Source of the DNA: Lytechinus pictus
Taxonomy: Eukaryota
NCBI RefSeq assembly: GCF_037042905.1
Contig: NC_087245.1
Coordinates: 9,302,001-9,366,000 of the forward strand
Length of the DNA stretch: 64,000 nt
Direction of reading: 5' to 3'
In this document: positions 25,760-39,448 of the stretch, piece by piece
Layout of the letters: every line of letters begins with the position of its first letter
Numbering within the stretch: the stretch's first letter is position 1
Translations under genes and position numbers: made by a program
The notes under the pieces: generated by a model
Seen by the model: the letters and a program-made list of their open reading frames with translations, nothing else
The model's database searches: none
Told to the model about the DNA's origin: nothing

Positions 25760-27352
25760 TACAGTCACTATTCATTTGAAAATATTATCATTATTCATGT
25801 TATTTGTATTAACAGCTTTAAAATCTGCTCTATTCCTCCTCACTGCCAAAAAAGAAAATGATAAATTCGTCACCTTTTTTACGATGGCGTGTCACCCTAT
25901 TTTGTATTTGTACGTCATTAAAATCATTGACTCTTCATAGAGGCCTATTCATTTACCTTGCGTCAAATGAGGAGTGTATTCGTCATATTTTCCTTTCATT
26001 TTAGTCAAGCCTTTCTGTCACTTCGTGCCGTGTCATAGTCAGTAATATATGGAATCGTATGTTACTACCTGTCATAACGATGAGCTTTGGCCGAAGGACA
26101 AAAGGCTTTAGCTTCCCCAGGTAACAGTGAAATCAAATCACGAACGGAGACATCCTTACCATGCTTACCGACGATAGCAGGTAGGAATAATGGTAGGAAT
26201 CACGGGGATATACACTGTACCTCAGCTTCTAATCTGGATTTTAACGATATAGAATTATGAAAATGAAAAGCAGAATTACTTGTAATGAACCTAACATATA
26301 AATACCTTGGATGATATTACATTGGCGTCGAAGTCGTCTCCGTGAAAGGGTCTTATATGGGGCATAATAGATAATACGTTGGAGCGCGGGTTCGAGCCCT
26401 CGATCAAGTCATACCAATTTGTCGAAAATGGGATCACTTTTTTTGTCGACCTGCGTAAACCTTCAAGAATACACTGTCAAACTGTCGAAGGACTTAAAAA
26501 AACGGGTAATAAACATGCGATTTTGGAACTTTGGGATTTCATAATACACACTGCCTTCATATTTTTACTTTTTGATACATTCTGTAATCATAACATGGCT
26601 ATTTCGTGAGCTCGACAAATTTGCCACTTTTGTGTTTTTCTACAACAGTTTGAATATATTACTTTTTGTATGATTTTAACAGATTTTTTTATTAGGCAGC
26701 TTTTACTCTGTTGTATTTATGTTGTATTTTAGGGCACAAAATGCTTGTGGAAATAATCAAAGGTCTTCCTAAGCGGAAATCTAATAAAAGGCAAAAGAAA
26801 ACACTTGTGACGGGGCTTCACACTATGTATCGGCATTACAAAGGATAAGATAAAAAGCCTACATATCGATCTCCCCTTTCCGAGGATTGGAACAGAATCT
26901 TTTGGTCATTTAAGTCACTAGCTGTCGAAATCTTCTTGCTAATTAGAATCGCCGCACTGAGTCCCGGTCGCGAATCCTCGTGATATGCTTACACCGATGA
27001 CAAATGGGCCCATGTTTAATAACATTTGTCTTTTAGTCATAATCTGTTTGCTTTGGCTCTTAAATTTGATTTGTAGGAAAGGATTGACGGCTCTCATTCG
27101 CGGTGTATGTGGTTGGAAAGAAGGACTAAATCGATTTAAAGCATAAAGACTAAAACAGTTGGTATCTTTACTCTGGATGAGAGGTAAAAGCTTGATAGAG
27201 GGAATTATTATTTCCATTTACGGTTTTATATCGTTTTATCGTATTTCATTTGATTTTATTTGAACAAGTTTCGTTAATGTTTGAATATTATTTCATATCG
27301 ATCGGTTGTTAAATTTAGTGTTTCACATAGATTTGATTACGCGCATGATTTA

Positions 27353-27540
27353 GTTATCATTATCATCTATATTATATTAACCATCATTATCGTTATCATT
27401 ATTATTATTATCATTATTATTATCTTTATTATCAGTATTTTGGTTATTATTTTCATTATTAATTATTATCATTCTTATTATTATCATCATCATCATCATC
27501 ATTATTATGATCATTATTATAATGATTATGATTATTATCG
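27353..27540. repeat. (ATT/ATC)n imperfect microsatellite
   Basis: Long triplet run that explains the poly-I/poly-H ORF at 27281-27562. Confidence 0.92.
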
Positions 27541-28876
27541 ATCTGATTCAACTTATAAATAAATGCAAACAATGTAGATCCCTTGTTCTTAATAATCTGC
27601 ATCAATTTGTTTAATGCTGTATAATTATGTGTGTGCGCGCGTGTGTGTGTGTCATAAACTTATGACTAGGGTGTGCGTGTAACATGTGTATGTAGGTTTG
27701 TGTGTGTGTGTGGGAGGATGTTAGTGAGGGTGTGTGTTGGCTCAAGGACGATTCGAAGATCTGTATTACCAAAAGGGAAAAAAAATACTCCGTAGAGGGG
27801 AATTGAAAATATGAAAATTGACAAGGGAAACAATACGAATACACGTACACCCACACACCCACACACACACGGAGGACTATACTGTCAGGTGCTGCCAAAT
27901 GAACGAAGTGAGATGTTTAGTTTCACGATTTAGTCATCTCCCGTTAGGGGACCGAAAATGTGTACTCATTAAAAAACATTTGACCAATCAGCTAACAGCA
28001 GCTTTTCATCATCCGTATCGTACCCTCAATTTTCAATTTAATATCTTCTTATCTATTTTGTTTCTTGTACTTTCTCATTATCTCTTCTTGAATTCCTTTT
28101 TATTTGCCATCCTCCCCCTTCCATTCTCACTGATTTTCCACTGTACTTCAATACATACTCTTCTAGGTTCATTAAACTACTAACCATAATTGATTAGGAC
28201 TTTCGAATGTGATAGGTCAAATTTCGTGACACATTGACATGAAATAATATTTACCTGGTACTCATAAGTCATGTCATGAGCATACTGAGAAAATATGGAC
28301 TAAAAAATAAATCTATGCAAGCGACATTTTGAATCATTTCCCTTTTATCATTTCCAGCTCTTAACTTGTTTAAGGAGGACCAGCAATCACGTAGTAAATA
28401 CAAATAATTCATATCGTTAAAATGATATCGTATTATAACTTTGAGGGTTGCAATAGTCCAACGAATCGGGTACAATTCTATAAACGGCAACGACCTTTCC
28501 TATTGAACTTCAAGTATGTCATCTCGCCACAAGCTTCCATAGAAAATGTTAACCTAAATTCAAGCAGCTTTATTTGAACAATCCAAGGTAATTCTGTTCC
28601 AATGATAATTAGCAAAGATGACTATCGAATTTAGGCCAAGTTTAACCACATACTCTTTTACCCTGTCATCAACTTGGATACTGAAATTTGTGCGCATCAC
28701 CGATTCGCGCCATCAAAGTGTCGTCTGCTGGAACATAAGGGTCATCTTCAGGCCCACAAGTTGTCCTGTGTCTAAAAAAGGTAAGGACAAGAGGCGTACG
28801 ATTAACACGATTCTAACAATGCTTTCGCGATAAGCAGTTGGTGGGACTGTGGTAATCCTCGACCCCCCCCCCCCCT

Positions 28877-28909
<33 letters not shown>

Positions 28910-30547
28910 TTCTAATGTTGTCTATTCTGAATGCACGATGGAGGGCGAATTGACTTTCATTTTTCGAAGTGGTTGTGAAAAGCGTTTACAAATCATCACC
29001 CAATCTGGTAGATGAAATCTAATTTGTGTGGTATGACATCGCTATGAGTTCCAACGCCATTTTACAGATGTGCTGGCCTTGACTAGGTGTAAACTTTAAT
29101 ATGAGTTCAAATGATGTGGACGATATCGGTACACGCCCGAAAACGATCGTGATAAAAAAAACTAGCTTCCCTTCATGGTTAAGGGATGAGACGATTGACC
29201 TGGTCAGTTACAAGATTTTGGACATTATATTTCATGGATTTCAGTCCCCTCTCTCTTTCTCTCTACACTCTTTAAAGCAGAGTTATAAAGTCATCGACAT
29301 TAATATTTACCTCACAATTTACCATAGTTAAAAACTCTACAGTATAAAAACTGAATTACAGCTAGGCATAAGTTTACAAATGGAATATCTTTAATCAAAA
29401 TCAAACACTTTTAAACTCAGCTTACGAATGGTTTTGAATGAATAATTTATATATCATTCCTGTTCTACCTGCCAATTGTAATTATTTGTTAATTATATCA
29501 TTGGAAAGGCCCAAAAGACTGATTCTGTATCACAAATGCCCACGAAAACATGAAGGCATTCCAATGGGCTCAATTTTTACAGTTTACCCAGTCACCAGGA
29601 TGTAATCCGAAGGGCATTTTCTCACCTCGAATAACTCGCTTGTCACAGAATTCAGACATCTAGACGTAAATATATATGAACTTGTACTTGTCTGCTGACC
29701 AGTAGGCATGGTCAACAACCTCCACTTACCGGTCATCGTTACTGACCACTACAATAGAGTTAGGTCAAGACCTATGGTAGCTCGGCCAGTATTTTCATGC
29801 CATCTATTCAGGTCGACCACGTCATAGTTATTTCTTTCCGCATTTATAAGGTCATGCATATAAGTTGGAAAAGTACTTTCGAAAATTCATGTCACTGACC
29901 TCAAAAGGGAAAAATTAATTTTAAACAAGTGTAAAGATCCAAAGCAGTTATTTCAGTTTTACAGCTCATTTAAGTACATTTTCAATCAAGTTTACATGCA
30001 ATGACTAGTTTCTTGGATGGGCTATTGGAGGGAATACAACAACCAATTTTTACAAATGAATATCTATTTTGTTTCTCTCTGAAAATTGTCATTTGCATCG
30101 CTTTTCACTGAGTACTCATACAGCATTTATTACTGTTTTCTTAGCACTTGCTCATTATTCATTCTTTATTCTGGGTTTTGGGGGCTAATTAAATCTCTTG
30201 AAATGTTTTGCTCATTCATACTATTTTGAAACTTACATTTAGAATTACATGGATTGGCGATACATCAAGATCAGCTTTGGTTATTAACTAGAACACTGCA
30301 TTGGAATTCAAACCGTTAACATTTGAATTTAAAGTTTGAATACTTTAATCAAACTGCTTTAAGATTGAAATATTAAAAAGATTACAATCAATACAAATTC
30401 GAGTGGTCCCTAACCACAGCCAAATCATGATTTATTTCAAATATCTATCATTTCGAGTACGTATTAGGCCTACTTATCTGAGAGAAAGTCACAACATATA
30501 CATGCAAATGAAACTTCGGATTTTATTTTCTTTACTGCATAAACTTG

Positions 30548-30643
30548 ACAATGATGATGATGATAAAAAAAATTATATCAATGATAATAATAATGATAAT
30601 AATAATCATCATCATCATATTGATTATATTAATGATAATAATA
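30548..30643. repeat. (ATG/ATA/ATC)n microsatellite
   Basis: Triplet run that explains the low-complexity ORFs starting at 30403 and 30545. Confidence 0.9.
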
Positions 30644-32581
30644 AAGAAAAAAAATCTTTCACCCAAGGACTTGCCTTTTCGTTGTTATTTAGAATTGATC
30701 TTCATTGATATAAGAATGTTAATATCCTTATACGCGTAATACCCTTTGCTCTATTTTAACCTGATTAGATAAAATGTTTTGCCGAGTTTTACTCTCTAAA
30801 TCAGCCTAGGAATTACATTGGTTGGAAGTGTTTTCACACACCCATACACATGAGCTTTCTCGCACCGCACGACGTACTTTGGGAGGAGACACGTGATAAC
30901 AATTACATCTTCCAAGTTTGCTAAAACAAACATTCAATCAAAAGAGAAACATGAGATTTGTATTAGGAATGATAGAATTGTTTACATTGAATAAACTCTG
31001 AAAATGATTTAAGATATTGCTTATCATCTTCTGAAATGTACACGACAGATTATCGATCCCATATATGTTATTAGGCCATATAACTTGTTTTTCTCATCCA
31101 TATACATACATACATATATATCATGCTTTATTAAATAATATATGAACTAGTTCAAATTCAGACAACTATTGCCTCCTGATCATAGCATTGCATAAGATTC
31201 TTTGGCGTTTTGCCCAGTTACAATGCTAATAGTTAATCTTTAAATCTAGATCCGTCCGATTTAAACTACGGTATGAAAATAAGGCTTTTCCATCAAATGA
31301 TTCTTTCACTCTGAACGTTTAGACTATAATTAGTTGAGTTATAATTCTGCGTCCACTCGTCTGACTTTATTCAATTAGCAATACTTGCTTGTAGATGGAT
31401 AATTGGGAGAGGTAGTGAACACAATTTTTTTAATGAAATAAAAAAGCATGTGACAGATTCTATAAACTTAGATTAATCAAATTAAAGAAAATTTCAAAAT
31501 AAAATACGAAAATGCAAGATATAACATAATTTCCCGTTGAAATAATAACCATGATTATTGATGCTAAAATATATAAAGATATTTAATATATCATACGCAA
31601 ATGATGTACAAATAGAACATTATTGGGTTTAAACTTAGTGTAATCCTTTTAGATAAACAAATGAAATACTACTTTATCAAAAGAGAGATGACAATGGTAT
31701 TCCAATCATTACAATCAAATAATGAATTTACTCTTGAAAAACACCTATCTGTAAGAATTGTTTTTAAACATGTCAAATGCGACAGCCTCGTTAGAAAAAA
31801 AATGCGTACGTGTGTTCATGTCGGCAGATAATTTTGGAATAATTATGTAGGATTCGATGTCGTCTGCATATGCGAGTTCCATCGGCATTCCTAACTAGTT
31901 GAATTACAGAGACTGCCAAACTTAATCCTGTCGCCACTACATCGGGCGATGATGAGCGATATTCAAGGGATCGCGGAAAATTATGATTTGAAGTGATGTC
32001 GGTGTAACGACATACACGCTCTTGTGCCAAGCACGGAATTAAAGGATGGGGCCTAAACGACATAATGTCATAAGCTCAGTGGTTATAGTTTGGAACAGGG
32101 GTTCAAACAGGGTTCTAAGCTGCGGTACAAGATAATTCTTTGAAAAAAAAAAGTTATATCGAAGTGATGGATACTTAAATAATTCATTCAAATAAAACAT
32201 TTTCAGTAATATTCAAACTAGAAGAACAGCCTTACAAATTCTTAGTAGGAAAAAAAAGACAATAAAGCACATTTTCTTAATTTCTCTCACCATAACGATC
32301 GCCATACAAGACACGGTATGGGGCCAGAGCGATCTACGCGTCACTGTAAAATATTGTGTAGGCCCATAATCAAGCATAATGTGTCCCTGTCTATGGAAGG
32401 CATATCGTGCATAATACATATCTATGGCACATACTTCATGATGAGAAATTTAAACAAAACACTAACAAAACATAAACACTGCTAAACATTATTTATTGCA
32501 CAAAGGGCTAAGTATGCCCCAAAAAAGAGCAGTTTGAATCGCAGAACTGAGAGAGCGTAGATTAACGTAGTTATCAATAAT

Positions 32582-32724
32582 CAGGGGCGGATCCAGGATT
32601 TTTGTAAAGGGGGGGGACACACTTCTGTTTAATGGCATTTTTACATTACAAATTTTAATTGTGCCTCTCAAAAGGGGGGCACGGGGCGGCTGTCTCCCCC
32701 CCCCCCCCTCTGGATCTGCCAGTG
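32582..32724. mobile_element. Short CAGGGGCGGATCC-type MITE
   Basis: TIR CAGGGGCGGATCCAG / CTGGATCTGCCAGTG; flanked by AATAAT direct repeats; same terminus as 23439-23726. Confidence 0.85.
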
Positions 32725-34216
32725 AATAATATATTGCATACTTACAAAGTTGCGAACCAGGTGTGATATAACTTTAATGACGTAGTACAGCCCTTCCCTC
32801 TACCATGTCTTTCCCATGTTGCATTCATAGGTAATTAACCACATCGCAAACAATCTATTTAACATTTACATCATTTATAATTGATTGTACACATGCAGAA
32901 AATGAATAAGATAAGCGGATCATCCGGTGTATTGTTGTCTTGTTCATATTCCAATTACAATTCTACAGTCATATGATACCATTACCGTTCAAATTCTTTT
33001 GTGGATTAAAGTCTTGAAGAGAATATTGACGATCTTGAAAAACTATCGGTTGATTATCAATCGCAATCATCTGCTATGATCTCGAGCAGAAAAGATCATT
33101 ATCGATCACCACCATCGTCATGTTAATGAGGACTGCGATTATTGACATGATCATCATCAGCAGCAGCAGCAACAGAAACACAAACCTCACCCTCCGGGAT
33201 GATCGACATAACTACAACCAAGACAATCATTGAAGAGCATTATTACTGTCACCATTGCTGCCGAAATCACCATAACTATAATTTTTTATTAATTACAATT
33301 ATCACCTCTATCATCGAGCATCAAAGAATAGGAAATTATAAAGAGTGTGTATCGTTCAATTAATTCCTACATTATTTAATCAAAATAAGCAAAATAAACT
33401 GTTCATTATAATGTGATTGGAACGGAAAACCATCATGATGTAGTTGCCATGGTGATATATGAGTGAATGTTTATCTCGTTTGGTAACGCCTTGTCACCAT
33501 CCCTCATCTCTCAATCTCATCCTCTTCCTTCCCCTAATTGTCTTCGCATGCAATATCTGTGAACTTATCGCTTGCGTCTTACACATTTTGAAACCCAACT
33601 CCTTCATTGGATCTAGGAGAGGTATACATGTACATGTAGGGGGAATAACTCCAGCCCCCCTCCCTCTTTCTCACTCTTTCTCTATCTTTATCTCACATAC
33701 GCTCCTTCACACATACGCACCAACACACACACTCTCCGTCCTTAATCACCCACCTCCACCCCTTAAAGATTCTCTCTCCCCCTCTCTTTCTCTCTCTTTC
33801 TCTCTCTTTATCTTGACAGCCCATTTGTACTTTGTTATTCTTTACGTTTCCTCACAATGATATAGATAATGAATACTTGAAATTGAAGCGAGCTTTTTCT
33901 TTTTTTTTTCTTTTTTTTTTCTTTTTTTTTTAAGCATATAATCTCCGTTGAATAGTTTCATGTCACTATGTCATCGAATATCGCCCCCTTGAATCATCTC
34001 TTATTTCCTTCTCACTACACCTTAATGCTGTAAACATAAACGATCTTCATTTTCCAGATATGCTGTTTTCATCTCGCCCACCAACGCCAAAAACATATTC
34101 ACGATCAGCCCTAGTTCACCGGTTTTCTATTCGGGTTCTTTATTAATAAATTATCAGATGTTGTTGATTTTGGAATGAAGGAGAAGGTAAAAAAGTGCCT
34201 GGTTTATAATGTATCT

Positions 34217-34775
34217 TGAACCCCCCCCCCTCAATGTTATTTAGGGTACGCCTGTGCTCGTTCCCTCCCTTTGAAAGCACTCCCTATCTCATGTCTGCCT
34301 TAATTTCTGAACCCCCCTTTCGCGGGCTTTTCCTGCCTTGGAGACCCCCCAAAATCCGAAACACTGCTAAATGTACCCCCCCCCTATCTCAGGTGAGCTC
34401 TCATTCAAATCCCCTATCTCAGGACAGACAACCTCCCCCTCCCCCTTGATCTCAGGTAAGCAGTCATTACAATAGAGGTTCCCTGATGTCATGACAGAGA
34501 ACAGAACAATAGTAAAACCATGAAAACAATGACTTTTCATAGTCTGATGCACAGGTTTTTATTGTTTGTCCTCCAATATGGCTGCTTGTGGGAACCCTCT
34601 ATACCTTAGGAAATTTCTCAGGAGTCCAAAGAGAGAGAGAGAGTGAAAAGTCAAATACACCCCTTTTATAACAATTCGCGGGCCGGACTTGTGCCGCGAA
34701 AAAGTACCCCTTTACCGGACATTTTGGGAACACGCATGTGGTCCCTCCGACCCCGGAGTGGGGAGGGGGGGGGCT
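34217..34775. mobile_element. Probable interspersed repeat with C-run and G-run ends
   Basis: GC-rich block in an AT-rich context; CCCCCCCCCTC at the left and GAGTGGGAGGGGGGGGG at the right; internal repeated CCCCTATCTCAGG and ACCCCCTTT motifs. Confidence 0.45.
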
Positions 34776-37526
34776 TGAAGGGAACATCAGTAATTTACCT
34801 GACATATTACGCCCACTAACACAGCAGTTTAGATCTTGGGATCTTTCAGTATGTTTTTCATCAAACGATCCCTTTTACCAACATGTTAAACACTAAAGGC
34901 TTAGCTGGTTGTTATAATTATAGGCTTGCGTATATATAATATGATGTCGATTGCTTAAATGTTAACCCTGCAATTAAATACTATTTATCATGCTGAAAAA
35001 ATATTTTGATATATGTTTTCAACTTGAATTATAGTTTATACCCTGATAATTGTTCCTTCCCTGATATTGTTGTATAGGATTCTGTTAACCTACACATTAT
35101 GCCGTTCACATGATGTTTGTAAGCAATCAATTTATACGAATATTTTATTAGACCTGATGATGAAATATGCAATGAATTAATAAACTTATTTCAATCTAAA
35201 CTTTTGTAAACTAGTGCTGGATTTTTCAAATTTCATTATATTTAGATCATAGTGCATTATGTAAAGTATATGTATTCATCTTGAGTTATAAAGACGCTTG
35301 GTAACTTTGCTAAACATAAATTGCAGTCATTGTAGTCAAATATGCTAAGTGTGTAAAAGGTTAAGATGAACGCACGATAGAATGTGCTTTTATTACATTA
35401 AAATATTTTAAATTTGTACGTTAACCAAATGCCAAACAGGCATACATTTTCCCTCATTATTCTTCAGTACTAAAAAAAATCGTTTCCCAAGACAGTTCAT
35501 AATGAAATCGTACTCCCTCAAAGTTTACCAAATCCTTTAAAATCTTAAACTCAGATGGTTAGTCATACATGGACGGGTCTAATTATCATTACTATGATTT
35601 TTTTCTTGCAATTTTCACTATTAGAGAATGGGATGTCCTCCAAGCCCAAGTCCGTAATCAAAGTTACAATCTTCCCCTTAGGTGCATTATGAGTGACTGA
35701 AATGAAAAGTCGAAAAAAAACACAGGATCATCATCTATTTCACGATACTGGATGTGATGCGAAATATACATTTGTGGAATCTCATCCATCATATTTTTCC
35801 GGTAACCATATCCCTCCCCCGCACGCAGTCTTCCGCTATTGATATTCTAAAAACGTATCGTCTTCAACTAACTCGTCATTTTACCCCGACAAAAAGGCTC
35901 GCTTTTACCCATCTGTTTTCAAATGCAGACGACTTCGAGACAGATAGGAGATTGAGCCTAAAAGAGCGAGGAAGGGATAGAGGGGGAAGAGGGAAGAAAT
36001 TACTTCAAAAATCCCTTTCATTTTCTGCGTGCCTTGGTCTACTCGACTTTCCCCCATGCCGTCCTCCTTCTATACATACTCTTGAAACTCTGCACCTGTG
36101 TGTTGATTTTTAAGTTCACGCCAAGACAACCCCTTAAAAGCATATTTTTCCCCCCAACGACACCCAAGCCCGTGAATATGCAAATCTTGGCGCTCTTTTC
36201 TAAAGCGTGAGGGCTATCCGCTTACCCGATCCATGAGGTGTGTCGGCTTCTGTATTTTTCTCTTCTCGCATCGCTGTCGCTTGAAGGAGAGCGTTAACCC
36301 TCTCCCTCTCCCGAAGTCCTCTCATCGTAAGCATCTGCCAATTATCTTATATTTCTAACAGCATTTGAGTTAAACCAGAGGACCCCATCAGTCTCGTCGA
36401 CAAGGCATCGTTTTTTTTTTATGAACAAGGCAAAGCTGGCTACACTTTGCCATGGGACCATGCGAGAAAATTCGCTCCGGCGGCTGAGGATTTTGCGACA
36501 ATAAACCTTCGTCTTCTGGGTATATCTTGACTGACAAGTTTAACACTCCTCTATCTCTGTCTTTGTCTTAGAGAGACAACTGAAATCTTCTCTTTTTTTC
36601 TGCGCAACCCGCAACATTCTCTTCCCATTTTCTTAGCTGATATACCACTTAATCACAACCGATCCTCCTTATCCCCCGTAGATAACACTTCGCATTTTCT
36701 CGCTAGAAGTTATCGAATCGTCTGACGCTTCTTGCTAAATTCGACGTTTACTTTGCAAATCGCACTGCCTCCTCATATTTCTATCTTTTTCATGAGAAGA
36801 ATACTCGTTGAGTGTGTGCATACGATGAGCTCATAATACTTTGATCGATAGTCTCTTGAGTGTATCGAAGTACTGGTGCAATAACCCTCTCATGATCGGG
36901 AACAAGCCTTTCCCCATTCGTTTGAGGTTCTCAACCTTTGTATAATGTTCCGATACTCCTTACCATCCTCATTACTATCATTGTCAATACCACTGCCTTT
37001 TCAAGGAGTGTCATAATACATCAATCATTATCAAGCCCCAATGTGAAATATTTATAGTAATACAATAGACGAAATACAAAAAAAATTGTCATCACTATGT
37101 GACGAGCATCTTCTTTATGTTATTCCAATGATATTGTTCGCAAAGGATATGACATGACTTAGTTGAGTTTATTACAAATTTATATACATGCACGTACATG
37201 TTCGTATGTGTGAATATCGTGCTCCTTAAAATTTCTTGTTACAGACTTACACGGTCTGTTAGTTGTATATTGAGGCTTATTGCCCTTGTATCCCACCGCT
37301 GCCTCTGACAATGACGTCATCCTGTACGCACGCTCGAAGTCTTATGAGGACAACGACGAAGAACTTCACAACGATTCTGGTTGAAGATATTATGGGATGA
37401 CCGATCGTACTGATACACTTGGTAATTAAATTAAAATAGTGGATTTTGTTTCATTTCACTTATAACTAAGAAAGAGACAAAAAAATATTGTTTGCTTCTG
37501 ATACTTTATCCATAGTTAGTGTACTA

Positions 37527-37711
37527 CAAAAGTGAAACCTGTTTATAGTTATCATCCATGCGAAACATGAAATTTTATCTTTATAAAAAAGGTATCTGCT
37601 ATCTGCTATGGGTTCTGAATACGCCTTATCTGCCTCAGTGGGTATAGGTTTTATTGGTCACTATAGGCAGATGGGTGCTAAAGAGATTGGCCGCTAAAAC
37701 AGGGTTGACTT
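37527..37711. mobile_element. Degenerate Tc1/mariner-like MITE remnant
   Basis: AAGTGAAACCTGTTTATAG ... CTAAAACAGGGTTGACTTA imperfect inverted ends. Confidence 0.4.
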
Positions 37712-38003
37712 ATTTTGTTCTCCCTTTCCCTTTTCTTCTATCATACTTCTTCATCTACTACGGCCTCACCCAACGACTTTCACGTTACTCTATTGTTGCT
37801 GCCATTTCTTTTTTTTTTTTTCTTCTTCTTCTTCCTCTTCTTCTTCTTTTTCTTCGTATTGAACGACTACTACTATTACTATGGGTGCACCATCACAAGG
37901 GACTGTAATATTCTTTGAATAGAGAATTCATAGATAGATATGTGTCATACTTCTGTAGGACTCCTGTAATTACTCTCACTAATTCTACGCTACGACATTC
38001 AGT

Positions 38004-38132
38004 TCTCAAAGCATTTTTTACTGCTTCCTAAAAATACACCTGGGTGGATAGTGACAATTGTAGATTGATACCGTACTAAATGACATTAGCACCGGGTTGG
38101 CACTCGAACTTGACCATGAGATCCACTATCCA
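38004..38132 (-). mobile_element. Degraded SINE fragment related to 25125-25470
   Basis: CACCTGGGTGGATAGTGACAA matches the reverse complement of TTGCCACTCTCCAGCCAGGTG in the 25.1-kb SINE; CACTCGAAC is a reverse B-box relic. Confidence 0.55.
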
Positions 38133-38579
38133 GGGACGTTTCCTACCTTGTATAATGCGACGGCATTGAAATCGCAATAATAATTGTATGAACTAGAATG
38201 TTTTTCTCAAGGAAAAGAAGAACTGTCAGTGCACAAATTCATAGAAGCAAAAAATAAAATAAAATACGATTACATGTGAAACGATTCATTGTTCAAATAA
38301 CAAAACTGTCTCCAGTGGCTGGCTATAGGGTGGCTACAAAAGAAAAGTAAATACTTGTATTCATATAATAAAGTAGATATTATATTTAAGATTGGAAGAC
38401 ATTTCTAAACCAGCAAAACGTGATGAAATAATTGACGCAGAAAAGTGTTCGTATTGAAGGAGGGTGGTTTGCTGGTTGCCTGGACTTGACATGAACTTAT
38501 GACGTATGTCTGATACTTCAGCAGCTAGTTCAGAACTCATTTGAACTAATTCGTCACAAGCCGCCATATCCACCCTCAC

Positions 38580-39448
38580 GCTTTGCCATCACAGCCCAAC
38601 GCCATCGCGGCGCAGTCAGACAAGTAAAACTCTAGGTGAAGCTAGCAGACGACTATTCGCAGCAGTGCTTGTTATTATGTGTGTCGAGTTTTTGGCCGAG
38701 ACCATTTTGCCGCGCTCTACTGAATCTCACGCCACCTCACTAGGACGTAGCCCTGCCCCATTTCAATGGAAAACAAGAAAGTGTTCTGACCTCTGATCAA
38801 ACGGGCTGTCTGGTTGGTTGAGAGAGGGGGCTCTCTCTCATTGTGAGTGGACATCAGTTAGAACACACAACAAACCAATCCCAACCTACCAGCAGAGGCT
38901 GAAAGAGGGAGAGGCACACAAAAATAGGGCGAGAGAGGGGGCAAGAGAAAAAAAGTTACGTTGATAACGACCTGAATACCGGCTGATTCAAACACTCATT
39001 GATTGTCGCGGTTTGTCGAGGGCTGGCACGCTTAGTTTTTTGACAGCTTCCCACCGCCACCGCCTGCCCGCTGATGTTACAGCAAGCTTTGCTAATGAAT
39101 CCGCCGAACAAATCTTTTGGCGACCGTCGTTACATCACTTTTCCCCGTGCTCACTTGCGGAACGCTAAGCATCGTCTTCGCGGGAGTCAGCCCGTCACAC
39201 TCTTTCAGAGCACCGTAGATTTGTCGATCGTCAAGGCACTACAGCCAACAAGTTCAAAGATTTCCTCACGAAAGTTTTTTTTCCGATCTTACCTGGGACT
39301 TGTAAAATTATAACTGATTCATTTATAAACTTCTCTTTCCGGACTGGACCATGGTCCCTTGGAATTCTGAGTAATTAGGCAAGAAAACATTTCAGGCAAA
39401 GAAGTAAACAATTCACCCACAGGCTTTCAACAATAGATGCAGGTATGT
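38580..39448 (+). promoter_or_regulatory. Candidate Pol II promoter plus first exon (long 5' UTR ending in ATG CAG and a splice donor)
   Basis: CpG-rich island with GA tracts; Inr-like TCAGTT at about 38853; CCAAT at about 38875; TAG-ATG-CAG|GTATGT at 39434-39448, followed by an abrupt switch to AT/T-rich intron-like sequence. Confidence 0.4.

Noticed and set aside
26378..26405. GGTTCGAGCCC B-box-like motif
   Set aside because: There is no A-box or SINE body at the expected spacing.
27281..27562. Poly-Ile/His ORF, also 30403-30739 and 37654-37918
   Set aside because: These are translations of trinucleotide microsatellites.
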